From contig NC_045707.1 of the NCBI RefSeq assembly GCF_009834535.1, positions 63,056,001-63,120,000 of the forward strand: a stretch of 64,000 nt of DNA. The letters are read 5' to 3'. Position 1 is the first letter of the stretch. Every line of letters begins with the position of its first letter. The notes beneath the pieces are model-generated. The model saw only the letters and a list, made by a program, of their open reading frames with translations. It did not search any database and was not told where the DNA came from. Shown here one piece after another: positions 1 through 13,300 of this stretch. Origin of the DNA: Camelus ferus (taxonomy: Eukaryota). A program made the translations under genes and the position numbers.

Positions 1-864
1 TACTTTGGAAATAAAATAAATAAATGTATAATTACATTCATGAAGATAAATTCTGGTACGATTAGAATAAAATATATTCCAATATAGAAAAATTTTAATG
101 AATAATATACAGAAATAATTCTGATGATGCAGTTAAAATATCTCCCAGAGGAAAACTGTACTTGCCAAAAGAATTTTTAAAAAATCACTCTATTTTAAAA
201 TATAAAATCTGATACTTCGTCATGATGTGGGTTTATTTCTAAGCAGGTTCTCAGTAGACCTGATTTGGCCAGTAGCTGCCTTTAGGACTTGGGTACGTGA
301 AGGTCATTGCTTTGGGCTTCATTTTTCATCCTAATTGGACAGGGCTAAGGATGAGTTCTAAGGTCCCTTCCTGCTCTGTTAGTACAAACTTCTTTTCATT
401 ACTGATTGTATTAACACTGAAATGTGGATTGAATTCTTTTCCAAGACAATGAAAAAAATTTCTCAAATCACGAGCCTCTCGAAGAACCCCTCTTTCTTTC
501 AGTGGCACTCCACATGCCATTGATACAGAGTGTGGCCTACCAGTTAATTAATTGTAATTAATTTGCAGTTAATTAATTCATTTGAAATACAGTTCTCCTA
601 TCTAAGTGAAAATTAAATGACAGCTTTGGTGGAGGCGTCCTGGCTAGCACTCTGTATCTTGCTCTGCCTTATACATATAAGTACTCTTACTTCTTTCAGG
701 GCAGATAGTCCTTGACTTTAAAAGTATCAGGCTGAAAAATAACCCGCATTTACAAAGGCTGACCCTGTCCGTCTTGTCCCTTACCCACACCTCTCATTCT
801 ATCCCCATTCCTTGGCCCCTTGGCTAAGAAAGTCATCTTGTATAAAATAAAGCTGTTTAGAAGG

Positions 865-1075
865 AATGTGTGACTTTTTGCACCTAAGCGACTGTCTTCT
901 CATCTGGAAAATGGGAATAGTAATTCGTAACAGGGATCACAATTAAATGAAATAATGCTTCACTTGACATTCTTATGACAACAGTGCCTTAAAAGTGTTC
1001 TGTACGGGCTTTAGCAAAATAGCCAAGTGCAGGGGACACAGAATATGGTTTCAGTATGTAGTAGTAACATTCCTC
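865..1075 (+). mobile_element. MIR SINE fragment
   Basis: TGTGTGACTTT...CTGTCTTCTCATCTGGAAAATGGGAATAGTAAT...AATTAAATGAAATAATGC. Confidence 0.55.
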
Positions 1076-1944
1076 CTCCTCATTATATTTATTATGATTA
1101 TTATTAGGATGCAGTGGCAACAAATATTCCTGTCATTTCCAAACGAGTACAAGAAGAAAAAGAAAGCAGAAACAAAGTTTCTAGACAACCACGCTAAATT
1201 ATAATTATAAAAACCATGACTGACCATACATCTCAAGTTAAGGCATTACAATAAAATACTTTTTTAATTCCACCTAACTTTATCGGTATATTTGTCCATC
1301 AAATATGCTGCTGAATCCATACAAAACCCGTGGCAACCAGAAGGACTATCATTCCTTAGTATCTCTGCAAGGCCCCTAGTAAAGGGAGAACAGACTCCCA
1401 CGTGAAGTGTGCAGGCAGTGAGCGGTGGGAAGAAGACAAGACAGCGATGCTGTCCGCCAGTATCTCTCATGCAGCAGCGAGTGCTGCTCTGTTCCTAGAG
1501 TCCTCTCACTGCTGCCCACACAGCCTGCTCACTCCCAGTGGCCCCTGAGCATAACAGAAAGAAATACCCTTTGGACCTCAAAAAAATAGAGTTGGGGAAA
1601 CCTGGTGGACAACAGACCAACGATATTTAAAATTACTGTGTTCTCAAATGACGTTCAAAACCTTTTCATACTTCAATTTTGCAGATTTGCAAAGAGGCAT
1701 GTGCTACTTTTTCAGTATGAAAGGCAAAAGGATTGCTGGGAAGTGGGGAGGCATTTTAACTCTTAACTTCCTAAATGTATCAAGCATGTATTTTAAGGTA
1801 ACTGCATTCCTTTTAAATGGCTTTTATAATCCAAAGGGACATTCACTTTGCTCAACCTGAAATAATATATCATATAATATGTAATATATATAATAATATG
1901 TTACATATGACATTATATTTTATTTTAATTTACTTTTGGAAGAA

Positions 1945-2141
1945 TTTTTCTTTATTGAAGTACAGTCAGTTACAATGTGTCAATTTCTGGTGTACAGCAC
2001 AATGTCCCAGTCATGCATATATACATACATATATTCATTTTCATATTCTTTTTCATTAAAGGTTATTATAAAATATTGAATATAGTTCCCTGTGCTATAC
2101 AGAAGAAATTTTTTTATCTGTTTTTATATATAGTGGTTAAC
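1945..2141 (-). mobile_element. L1 3' end fragment (artiodactyl/camelid-type 3'UTR)
   Basis: Reverse complement closely matches the copy at 23553-23819 (GTATAGCACAGGGAAC...GCTGTACACCAGAAATTGACACATTGTAACTGACTGTACTTCAATAAA). Confidence 0.85.
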
Positions 2142-4680
2142 ATTAAATTTTAAACTTTTAAGTCCCATATATAAAGTAGCCATTATTTCCACTAGGTGGG
2201 GGGGAGAAGGATGGTGAGGGTTACGTTTCTGGGCTATAAGACCACTTTATAAATTGCAATTGCTAAAGCACAGAAACAAAAGAAACCAAGTGACTCAGAC
2301 AGCATTAAAAAGAGGAGAACAAAAAGAGGAAACATCAGAGAAGAGGTAGGAAGACAGAAAGAACACAAGTGAGATGTTTACAGAGAGGCCAAAAAAATCC
2401 AGAGTGATGGTGACAAAGACCTACGAAAAAGTCAAGGGGAAAAAAATCAAATAATTAGAGGAGAATTTGTGACTTGTCTGAAATTTTTCTTTGGCCTGGA
2501 TTTTGAGCACAGTCTACTGAAGAGCCTGAAACATTGTTATTTAACAATTCACAACTCAGAACCCTTATGATACCCAGAATCAACTACCTCAAAAGACCTC
2601 AAAAAAAAAAAAAAGTTACAGTGCTTTATAGCAAAGGTAGAAAAATTAAGCTATCTATGGTGACTCGCTCTAAAACGGCCAGCCTGAATAGCTCTGGGAG
2701 CACGACATAATTTAAAACGTAAGAAGTATACAGTTGTAGTCAAAGTTGCGAAATGGCTGATAAAGTGCCCTATTTATAGATGCCTGTGTTCAAGATGAGG
2801 TGAATTCTTTCCTGATAATTGCATGCCTACTACATCCATGGCTCCTCAAAGGATCTCAGTTCTGCTTTATCCCAGTCTGTGACTCGTTAAGCTGCTTCTT
2901 CATTCAGTTCAGGTCAGAGCCCTGTAAATCTAAGTGTCCCCTATGACATGAAGTCTAAATTTACATATATATGACATATTAAAATATATATATATATCAT
3001 ATACATATATATATATTAATGATGGTGTTTTCTGAATCAGAATGATTAGGAATGATTAATACTTCAGGTTAACGTTTAAGATGAACGACAGTGACAGGAA
3101 TGACACGTGAGTCACAATCCATGAGCACGGTTCTCATTCAGACCATGACCCAGGCCTGAGTGTTTATGAAAACGCCCCTGGATGACAAGAGACTCCACCT
3201 CGACAAACAACTGCTGTCGCCCTGGCATAGTTTACCGCAACAGCCATGGTCTTCCGTTTTCTCCATACAAAGGTTGAAAATTACACCGACTTACTGTCTC
3301 CATCAAAATACTACATTGATGGGTTTTCAGGTCTGTGAGAATGAGGTTTACCTTCCTTTCTAGCTCAATGTCAAGGTCACTGAGGGTAACAAGGCTGACT
3401 GTCCGGCCTGGGAAGAATCCACTATGGCCATTTATTTAATTTTTTTAGGCATACCCACTAAGCTGTCATGAGTAGGCGATAATGTATTTTTCTCACTTGA
3501 AATGTCCCCAACTAAAGACAGATTTTATTTGGCTAAAAGAAATTTGACTTTGTGTGTATGTATGTGTGTATATGTTGGTGTGTTAACCAACATATAACTC
3601 CAGGTTTTCATAATTTTAATTGATGGATTTATTACATAAGAAAATGCTGTACTTTTTAAAAATAGAAAAGTATTCTTATTTCTCCCAAATCCCGGATGTT
3701 CCGTGGCTTCACTGAAATAGATTTTGATTCACCTGTGAAAAAGCTGTGAAATCCACGATAAACTTCATATACACATGGGAGCGTTTTAAGGAATAAGGAT
3801 AGAGGTAATTGCATCTGATAATTCAATTTGCTAATTAAAAATACTTATGAAGAATCTAGTTCTGTTACATAAGATAAAAGCAAACTATTGGAAAAAATGA
3901 AAAAAAAATCTGGGTTCTGGAGAAGGGCAAATGGCAAGAGTGGGTGAAGAAGTCACAAAATAAGCTAAAAGGTATATTTTTCATTGGGAGATGATATAAA
4001 TGAGAAAAGCACATATACTTTAGAGGAGTTGACACAAATTTTAAGATTTTCTGAAAGAACTGAAATTATACAGGCACCTATACAGGTAACTGGCAGGAAC
4101 TGGTTATGGGACTGCATGTGTGCAAAGAGAAAGAGAAAAGAGAGGGCACATTGAAAGCCTGCCCTGTACATTTCACCATAAAAGGAGCAAGGTTTGTTTA
4201 TCTACGAAAACAAAACAGAATTCACTTCAGTTTTTTCATTAGATCTTTTAATTATAGAAAGACTCTCAAGTCACTAGAAAGAAAAAAAAAAAACTCTTTC
4301 TAAATACTTAGATGTGAATGGATCCTGAAAAATGAGGATGGATTCTCAAATTTTAGGGAAATCTCTCTATATTATTTTATCTCCATGCCAGAGGCCATGC
4401 CTGTGGTTTTTTTCCTCCACAATTAAAAAAGAATATTTTGAAGTAGGAAGACACTGATTTTCTCTGAATTTTGTGAGGAATGAGAAGAACCTGTCTTCTC
4501 AACAGCTCCTTTGTCTTCTCCGTTTCTTGATGAAAATCTTGGTGAAAGTAAGAGTAGGAGGAAGTTAGTGAAAGTTGAAAATTCTCCTTGCTATGTATGG
4601 ATGGCACTCCTTGAAATTCCATCAAACAAACACAATCCAAAACGTTGATTAGATACCAAGTGTTGAGCAGATGCTAAAGG

Positions 4681-5110
4681 TGTTAGTTTCCTATGGGCTG
4701 CCACAGCAAACTACCACAAACTGGGTGGCTTAAAACAACAGAAATTTATTCTCTCACAGTTCTTGTAGCCAGACGTCCAAAATCAACGTATCAGCAGCCT
4801 GCTGACTTCCAGACGTGGCGAGGAATCCGCTCCGAGCTTCTGGTGGCTCTGGTCCTCCTTGGTGTCCCTTGGCTTGTAAATGCCTTATTTCAGGTTCTAC
4901 CTCTGTCTTCACATGAATGTGCCCCTGAGTCTTCACTCTTCTGTCTCCGGTAAAAACACTCATCACTGGACTTCAGGCTCACCATAAACCCATGCAATCC
5001 CATCTCCAAACCATTAACTGAATTACATCTGCAAAGGGCCTTTTCCAAGTAAGGTCCCATTCACAGATGGGGCTGGGATTTGGACGTTATCTTTCAGAAG
5101 CCACTACTCA
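4681..5110 (-). mobile_element. MaLR solo LTR (MLT1A-C-like)
   Basis: Diagnostic TTAGTTTCCTATGGGCTGCCACAGCAAACTACCACAAACTGGGTGGCTTAAAACAACAGAAATTTATTCTCTCACAGTTCT...AATTACATCTGCAAAG...TTTCCAAGTAAGGTC. Explains ORFs 4693..4953 and 4754..4966. Confidence 0.88.
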
Positions 5111-6859
5111 ATGCATGGCAAGTGTGTCTGTGTGCTCTTATGTTTCCTGCTATTGCCGAGAAAGTACGAGTCATCACGGTTCTTTCTTGCTTTCAGATAT
5201 TTTAAGATTTGTGCAACACAAAACAATATGAAACACCTTTCATCAACATTATCAAAATGTTGAATAAATGCTAGCACACTCTCATTAGAAAGACTAACAT
5301 GAATTCTTTTCATTTTCACTTTGAGACAGAATGAACCACAGGTATAGAATCAATCCGAAGTCTTAATCACAAGGGGGAAAACTAAACAAAAAAGAAATGT
5401 TAATGTTGCTGAAGGAATCTTCTCAGTGCTAACGGCAATCCTTATATTACTTTGGGAATATGTGGAGGGAATTTCTTCTTTATAGTGGATGGTACTAGCT
5501 GCAACAAACTTCATACTCAGTGAATCTTGACTCCATCAGGATAATCTACTCTCTGCGACTAAGTAAAAATGTTTGGAATCTGCAAATATTCTTGTTGGTG
5601 CTTCAGCTCTGGCTGAGTAAATAGTAATGATTCCTAATTGTGAGTTTAATCAGCATTGCTCCCTGTGTGGCCCATGTAAATCTATATTCACTTAGCACTT
5701 GTACTGTGATAAACAGTCAGGCAGTTAAAATAGAGTATTCCAGAGCTAATCAATAGGTATATCTTTTGACAGATGACACAAAAGTTCAATAGTGTTATGC
5801 CTGAAGTTGGAATCACATTAGGCAAACAAAACTAGCATGATAGGAAAATTACTTTTGGCATAAATGGAGGAAAAGCCAATTACACCGAATAGAAAAAAAA
5901 AAACAAAAACTTAAGTCACTTCCAAAAGCACACCTCTGTAAAAATTAAAATACCTTGAAAAAATACTGTCGACTATTTGCCTCTATGCATGGCTAGTAAA
6001 ATCTTTTTTTTTTTTTGAAGTAAAATGTCAGGAAAAAGCCAAAAGGGTTGGGAAAAAGAAAATAAGTGTATGATTATCACTGCATTTTAAATTAGAATAG
6101 GAAATCATTAATGCATTTAGATTACAAACTCAACGTGACGATAAGAAAATGCATAGAATTGTGCATTTACTAGAGTTCTGTCAGCTCTCGAGACAATTAA
6201 AGTCCCTGCGACACCACAAAGTAAATTAAAAACACACCCAGATTAGTTAGTCCCTCAAGTTGGTCATTCAGTCAAATATTTATTCCACGATGAACTGAAC
6301 TGAACTAGTATGTATTGAATTCTCCAAATGGCGAGGAAAAGTGGCACTTTCAGTGTGATTCCAGAGAAGCTTGCGGAAAAGAGAGATAATGAAGTCCTCT
6401 TCTATCTTTAGTTACAGCCTCTCCTTAAGCGATCTTAATTCATGACTTCTCCTTCACAAAGGTAAGTCAGGTAGTGATTACTGGTGCGGAGAAGGATTTC
6501 CAGTTTGACAAAGGAATTCACAACTGGATTAACTCAGACAGCAAGCCCACTTACTATATTTCATACATGGCTTTTCTTCTCCATAGCTTTCCAAAACATG
6601 TCTATTTGTTAACATACTCTAATCTTAGAAGAGAAATCCTCTTAAGTGCTAATGAAGGACCATAACCAATTAACTGCGATTTTTGCTCTTCTCAGCAAAT
6701 TAAAAACAGAACAAACTGATTAACTGAAAAGAAAATGTATAAAACTTCTGGAGGATGTTCTTGGGTCAGTACAGATTCTGCCCCATCAGCTAAACTTTTG
6801 AAAGGACCGTGACTTTGGTCTTGAGAAAGGGTGTTGAGAAGGAAAGCCGTTTTCATACA

Positions 6860-7200
6860 CTGTTCTGCCACGTCTCATCTCCTTTCCTCCTTTGCCTAGT
6901 GAACATGTACCTTTCCTGCAGGCCTCAGGTCAGTTGTTCACTATGCAGGAACGCCAACCTCATTGACGGGTCAAATTGTTCTTTTCTCGTGTATCTCCCC
7001 TCTGGGTTCTCAATATAGTAAAACTGTACAGTATTTGTATGACATCTGACTACTCTCCGTCTACACCACTGGGCTGTCAACTTCAGGAAGGAAGAAGCTG
7101 TGTCCTTTTACTCATCACTGGATCTCTGTGCCTTTTAGCATGATGCCTGGGACATGGCAGAGACTCAGGGTAGACCTGGTACGTGAATCAAGCGCTCGAA
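6860..7200 (+). mobile_element. Degenerate L2 3' end
   Basis: GGCCTCAGGTCAGTTGTTCAC...CTGTCAACTTCAGGAAGG...CTGTGTCCTTTTACTCATCACTGGATCTC...TAGCATGATGCCTGGGACATGGCAG. Confidence 0.55.
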
Positions 7201-8736
7201 GAGTCTGAATTAATACTGATTAATCAAGTTAACTAGCCATTACTATGGAGGAAATGTGCAACGATACTTTATGTTAGAAATAAAGCTGAAAGTTAAAACC
7301 AAGTTGACTCTCATCCAGATATTTCATTACCCAAATGTGGACTGGCGAGCCTGGCCCTGTAACACTGAGTCCATCACAATGAGGGACGCAGCACGTTATC
7401 GATATTACGTTTTAGCTTAAAAAAAAAAGAAAAGCTTCAGAGGAATAAATTAATAATAAAATGTCAGTGATGGTGATGATTTTGATGGTAATTGTGAATT
7501 ATTCCAGAGGTTCCCATACCACTTTTTGCTTTAAAGATTCTCCTGAGTAATTTCTAGGTCTTTACACTGGAGTGATGCAGACAAGTCATAATGAGGTGAA
7601 CAGACACAACCACCATTAAAATATAAAATCCCTAGGGCAGAAAGGTGATGGAAGGAAAGTGTTTATCCCTTAAGGTGTTTTTTCAAGCATACGGTAAAAG
7701 CAAACAAAAATATATGCCCTCAAGTTTTGCATGGGGGGTAAACTAGCCCGGAGTTCTTTTTATATCTGCAATACAAAGCTTCGGGTAGGTAATTCACTAT
7801 ATTTTCCCCCTTACCTCAATGGGTCTGTTATGAAGAGTGATTAGGATAGAATTTGCACCCAGACTGTATGAAATTCTCTATTAACAGTGTCCCCACCATG
7901 CACAGTGCGAAATATACTAGCTCAACTAATTACAGTGTAGATGGCTGTCTTCCCTCACATGCAAGTAAAAAGGTGAGCAGCTAAAACTAGAGGGCACTCA
8001 GTTTTAAGCTACTTAACATAATCCACTGAGAATATAACTGCCTTTTGCAGCATGCTTCCTAAACTCTTAGAAATTAAAAATTAAATAATTTCTTTCTGAC
8101 ATTCTCACCAAAAAAAAAAAAAAAAAAAGCAGTTTCTGTGCCAGATGTTGCGAGGAGGTAAAGAAATACATCACTTGACTTGCAAAAGCAGTATTGGCTA
8201 ACATAAAAAAATAATTCGTTGAGTCAAATATTTAAAACGTGAGAAAATCATAAACACTATTTTGAAACTAAGATATAAAAGCCTATTTTATAATGTAAGA
8301 TAAAGGGCAAGTAGTTGTATTTTTTGACGGGAAATGAGTTCAAGTAAAAAGAAGTAAAAAGAAGGATTATATAAGGATCCTGGGGACATCCAGAAGAAAA
8401 GATTTTAGACTTAAATTATTAGACTATACACCATTTTTATGTATCTATATCCATAGATAGATCTATATCTTTAAATAGATAGATGCAATTTTTTAAATTT
8501 ATGGGGGAAAGGATTAATAATACATGAAAAATATATGAAAATTGGTAGAGAAAATAAAACAACTTTCAGAATACATTAAACGTTCATCTTCAGGGACCAT
8601 ACGTGTGTACAGGTTGTATTCAGCTATTCTGTGTCATGATTTCTCAATACTAGCTTTAAACTCTCTTCTTACGTATTCTTTCCCTAGACAATTTCATCTA
8701 CCTCTCATTCTTTCCATTTCTGCCCGCATCCTAGTG

Positions 8737-9826
8737 CAGTGGTCTTCAAAATAATGTGTTCGTACATCTGGGGGTAAGAGAAGACTTTTCAATGAGTACC
8801 TAAGGATACGGGTAGTCTTAGGGCAATCAAGTTCCACATTCTAAACCTTTATGTAGATATTTTCTTCTCCTAAAAACCCTTCTGCCACTTTCCCTCACTT
8901 TCCAGGAGAAAGGTGTCTTTCTCATTCACTCATCTTGCATATTCTGGTGGTGCACTGTACTGCAATACCAAATAAAAAGAAAAATTTAAATACTGGTGTT
9001 GATAACTAACAAGTGACTTTTCAATTGAAAAAAAAAAAACCCTTTGCTTCCATAAAATTTGAAGAAAGGCCTAATCAACTTGTCTGGTGATAATTAAATT
9101 TTGATGATAGATTACCCTGTGATTTTTGGCACAAAACTTGGAAAGATTTTGAAGAATTGTGCTACATTCCTGTAACAAAATACTTTCCATTCCCATCTAT
9201 TTATTTTTATGTGTAAGGTTTTCCAGTACTTTAACATAAAAATATGAATAGAACTGATGGTGAAATTTTTCTTATTCTCGCAGTGAATAATATTTATCTG
9301 CGAATATACGAACTAATTGGAATTAAAGGATTAATCTCAACTTTTACTTTCATATTTAACCACTGTTATTTTTCCATTTGGAAATGATCAAAATTTGCAA
9401 TGGGTTCATGTTGATCAAGTATATACAAGAGACAACTGTAATGAAAACTCAGGTTAGAAAAAAAATTTAACACAGGGTTTCTGATGACATGAAAAAAGTG
9501 TATGTGTGTTTATGTCTATGTGTGTTGCGTGTGTGTGTATTTTTTATTGCAGAGAAGTATGGAATGATGATGAACTTTGCAATGCATGAGTAAGAATGTA
9601 ATCATATTTTTAAATGGCTAATGATATGGGTATAAAATAGCAATGGTGTTTCAACCTCACTGGATACGTTTAAAGGTTTTGAAAAAATTTGTTGAAAAAA
9701 ATAGTTTATTTACAATATGCTGGAAGTTAAACCGTTGCAATTATTTAAGTGTATGATGGAAAGTTTTAGATATAGACTTAAACATTTCATTTTAGGCAAT
9801 TCAGATGCATAAATTTGAGCACTATG
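8737..9826 (+). mobile_element. hAT-Charlie-type DNA transposon relic with degenerate transposase C-terminus
   Basis: Begins CAGTGGTCTTCAAA (Charlie-like TIR). About 9100-9225 translates FDDRLPCDFWHKTWKDFEELCYIPVTKYFPFPSIYFYV*GF, resembling the hAT dimerisation motif. Right end uncertain. Confidence 0.6.
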
Positions 9827-11404
9827 GGATTATGCTAGTGAACTGTCATCAATGCCTTCTTTTCTCTTACTCTTTACATCCAGACAAGCATTAACTCCTG
9901 TCACTCTTCCTTTTCCAGTCATGCTCAAATACGTCCACTTCTCTTCACCCCCAGCTTTCAGGCCTGGAAGTTGTTCCTGATCTCCTGATCTGGTCAATTT
10001 CCCATATGACAGTCTCTGAGAACACCCCAGGTCTCTCCTTGGTTGCACTTACCTGAGTTTCATTTGTAGCTTTGTGGGATTATTTTGAATAATTCCTGCC
10101 TCCCTCCTACACTCTCTCCTTGCCTTTGCACTCATCTTTAGCAGCTATAAGGGCATGAACCACAGATTCCCACTGCCAGTAACAGGGCTGGCATTACCTG
10201 AATGAAGGACCACTGCCTTCCAAGTGTCCCCAATGGTGCCTGGTATATTGTACCTGCTCAATATATACTTATTAAATACGTGAATAAATGAATATATCCC
10301 CCATAACTATATAACCAAAAGAGAGCCCAAAGTGGACAAACTGTGAGGAAACTGTATGATTTACGTTCATGCGCAGTGAGTGTGAAATTCTGGACCGTTG
10401 GAGCTGATGTGAGCACTGGAAATTTGAAGGCCAATACCTTGCATTAGAAACAGGGTTGAAATCTGGAGACGTTAACTGACTTGCCCAAAGTCACAGCCGT
10501 CTAATGATGAACTAGGAGCAAACCTTACTCCCCATCCCAGCTCGCTGGAGTTTGGGCAGCCCCGTCCCTTCCATTACTCCACACAGACTCCATGCTGTGT
10601 TCACTTGTCTGCAGCCTGCCTGTGCTGGTAAGTGAGCACTAGAATGGCAGGTCTGGCTGGCTGGTGTAACTGTAGCCTAAGAAAATTTACAGTAGGCCAA
10701 TTTACAGCACGAAGAATACAAAAAGGAATCTAAAGAACAGAGGGGAAAAAAAGGACCACAATAACTTAGGAACATGGACAATGAATTAGGATCTGTGTCT
10801 TAGGGGAAGAAAATGTGAGGTTTGTGAACAAGACAGAAACAGACCATGATGGGGAGAGCCCTCTGTCCCTCCACATTTATGTGCTCACGTAAGTAGAGCA
10901 AATGTTGATGACAGAGAGCAGACCCAAAGTAAAGGAACTTAACTGGAACTCTTTACATTATGAGATTAAAAAAAAAAAAAGCAAAGCCATGGCTGATGGA
11001 GGGGCATGCACCTCAAACAGCAGCTGATTAAGGAGAGGGAGGAACACGTCCCATTTCCCTGGAGCCCAAGACAGGTCATACTTCTTAAAGCAGGGAGAAG
11101 AAGGCAAGTGTCCCTCGGCTTCTAATTGAGAATCTCTACACTAATGTTTTGTTTTATGTATCATTTTACAGGTCACATCCGTATATCCTCAAAACTTACA
11201 GAGAGCGTGTCTAATAGAGAAGGCATTCTATAAATGTTCCGTTCTGTTGGATTCTACACTGTTCCTACTTCCCCCACTTGAAATCCATATCACCCATTCC
11301 ACAGGGGTGGCCAAAACAAGCAGAACGCAACTTCAAGCATGATTAATGTTTCGTAATTTCCTATAAGGAAATAATAAATATTGCCAGATACTAAATAGGC
11401 ATTC

Positions 11405-11550
11405 TGTTACTTAACTCTCGTGACCTGCTTGATTGGTAGTATTATTGCCATTTTTCAGATGATGAAACTCTGTGACTTTCCTAAGGTCATTTAGTAAAAC
11501 AGCTGCAAATTTGATCACAGTGTCCCTGACTCTGAAGACCATCACCTTTT
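11405..11550 (-). mobile_element. MIR SINE fragment adjacent to MER5A
   Basis: TATTATTGCCATTTTTCAGATGATGAAACT...GTGACTTTCCTAAGGTCA. Confidence 0.6.
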
Positions 11551-11557
11551 CCCACAC

Positions 11558-11741
11558 CAGTGGTTCCCAAAGTGTGTGACCCGCACAGGCAGCATCAGTA
11601 TCACCTCGAAACTTGTTATCAACACAAAGTCCTGGGCCTTTTTCCACCTGCTGAATCAGAACTCTGGAGGTGGGGCCCAGCCAACTGTTTAACAAGTTCC
11701 CCCCAGTGATTCTTCTGCACCATCAGATTCAAGAACCACAG
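11558..11741. mobile_element. MER5A (hAT-Charlie MITE)
   Basis: CAGTGGTTCCCAAAGTG...GCAGCATCAGTATCACCT...CTGAATCAGAACTCTGGAGGTGGGGCCCAG...TTTAACAAG...GTGATTCT...AGAACCACAG. Explains ORF 11411..11695. Confidence 0.85.
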
Positions 11742-12599
11742 GCTTGTACAGTGTAGCACAAAAACCATGGCTTACATGCACTGCAGAGAGCACCTGAGTT
11801 CTCTTGGGTGTCTTTTTTTGTTTTTCTTTGTTTCTTTATCATTTTTGAACAAACATATATTTCTGATGTATGGTAATTTGCTATATCACCACAGAATCAT
11901 ACGCAGTAGAGGTAGAAGGTAGGCAGGCCGGTGGGAGGCGGGGGTGGAAGTCCAGATCCATCACTTATTGTTATAAAATCTTAGCAAGTTGCTGAACCTT
12001 TCTAAGTTTTGGATTTGTCTTCTGTAAAAGTGAAAATTAAAATGATGAGACCATGCACCAAAAGCTCTTACCTAATGCCTGGAATGTAATAAATATTCAA
12101 TAAAGTAGATAGAGTTTTCATTATGATTATCATCATTATAGACAATGATGTTGGTTATGTGATAATTAACTGCAGGAGCAGTGAAGCTAAAGTATTATGT
12201 ATGCTGTAAAGCTCCAGAGATGCTCCGCTATTTGTAATTTTTATTATACAATGGCCTTAATTTTTCCAAATTTCCAGTTCATCTCAATTCAATAAATATT
12301 TCTTAGTTCCCACAAGGTACAAGGTATTCTGTTGTTTCAGGGTATTTTTTTAAGTAATGGTATCAGTTATCAATTCATACATTAGGAAATGAATATCACT
12401 ATTGAGTACTTTTTAAAATTAAATACTTTAAACCTTTACTCTGTGTTGGCTTAAACTTTTGAATTGTATCTTTTAACGCTATTTGAAAAATGATACATTA
12501 ACACAAAGTTAAGAGGCTGTGTTACTGTGGACACACATTTAATTTCAGGTTAAATTTTTGGCTCAAAGGAAATTCCGTATAGCTATATGAGGTCTCTGT

Positions 12600-13300
12600 G
12601 TAGTTAACTGTACAATCTCAATAGTGTTTTACTACAGAGATTTTCAAATAATAATTTGCTTGGAGTAATAACTTATCTCCCATATTTTACTCAGTGAAGT
12701 TTAGGCCAATTATTTCTTGTTTATTTGTACCAACCAGTGAAAGAAATGAATTTCTGTCCCTTTTATTATACTTTTTATACATATAAAAAAGCTATCATCT
12801 TTTCTGTCTTTTTTTGTTAGAGTGAAATTCTCAGGTTTCATAACCTCCTCTCATAGCTCATGTTCTCAAGATCTTTTTATCATCTGTATTGTTCTCTACT
12901 GAATGTCTGGTGATTTGTCTGTTTTCTGAAACGTGGCATTCTGCTGAACTTAGTCTCCAAATCGCAGCCTAACAAGACCTGAGCATAGCTCAACCTGCTT
13001 TCACGCCTGGCATCACCATTACAATTCAACACGCTGTAGCATTTGAATATTTTAACAGGGATCAGAATGTTGGCTCATTCAATTTATCATCCACTGTAAT
13101 TCTTGAATTTTTCTCTCTGCTGCTACCATCTCTAGCTTTTCATTGCATTTTTTGGTTCCACTACCCTGCCATGCACCAACTTTCCATTCCATTTTCCTGA
13201 ATCCAATGTCACTGATTCGACCTGTCTCTCCAGTGTACCAAAATTAGGCTGTATAGTAACACGGCCCCCCAAACGTCTGCAATTCCTACCACTTCCATGA
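12600..13300 (-). mobile_element. Ancient CR1/L3 LINE remnant
   Basis: CATAACCTCCTCTCATAG...TTATCATCTGTATTGTTCTCTACTGAATG...TGAAACGTGGCATTCTGCTGAACTTAGTCTCCAAAT...TGTTGGCTCATTCAATTTATCATCCACTGTAA parallels antisense CR1 RT C-terminal text. Very diverged. Confidence 0.5.
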
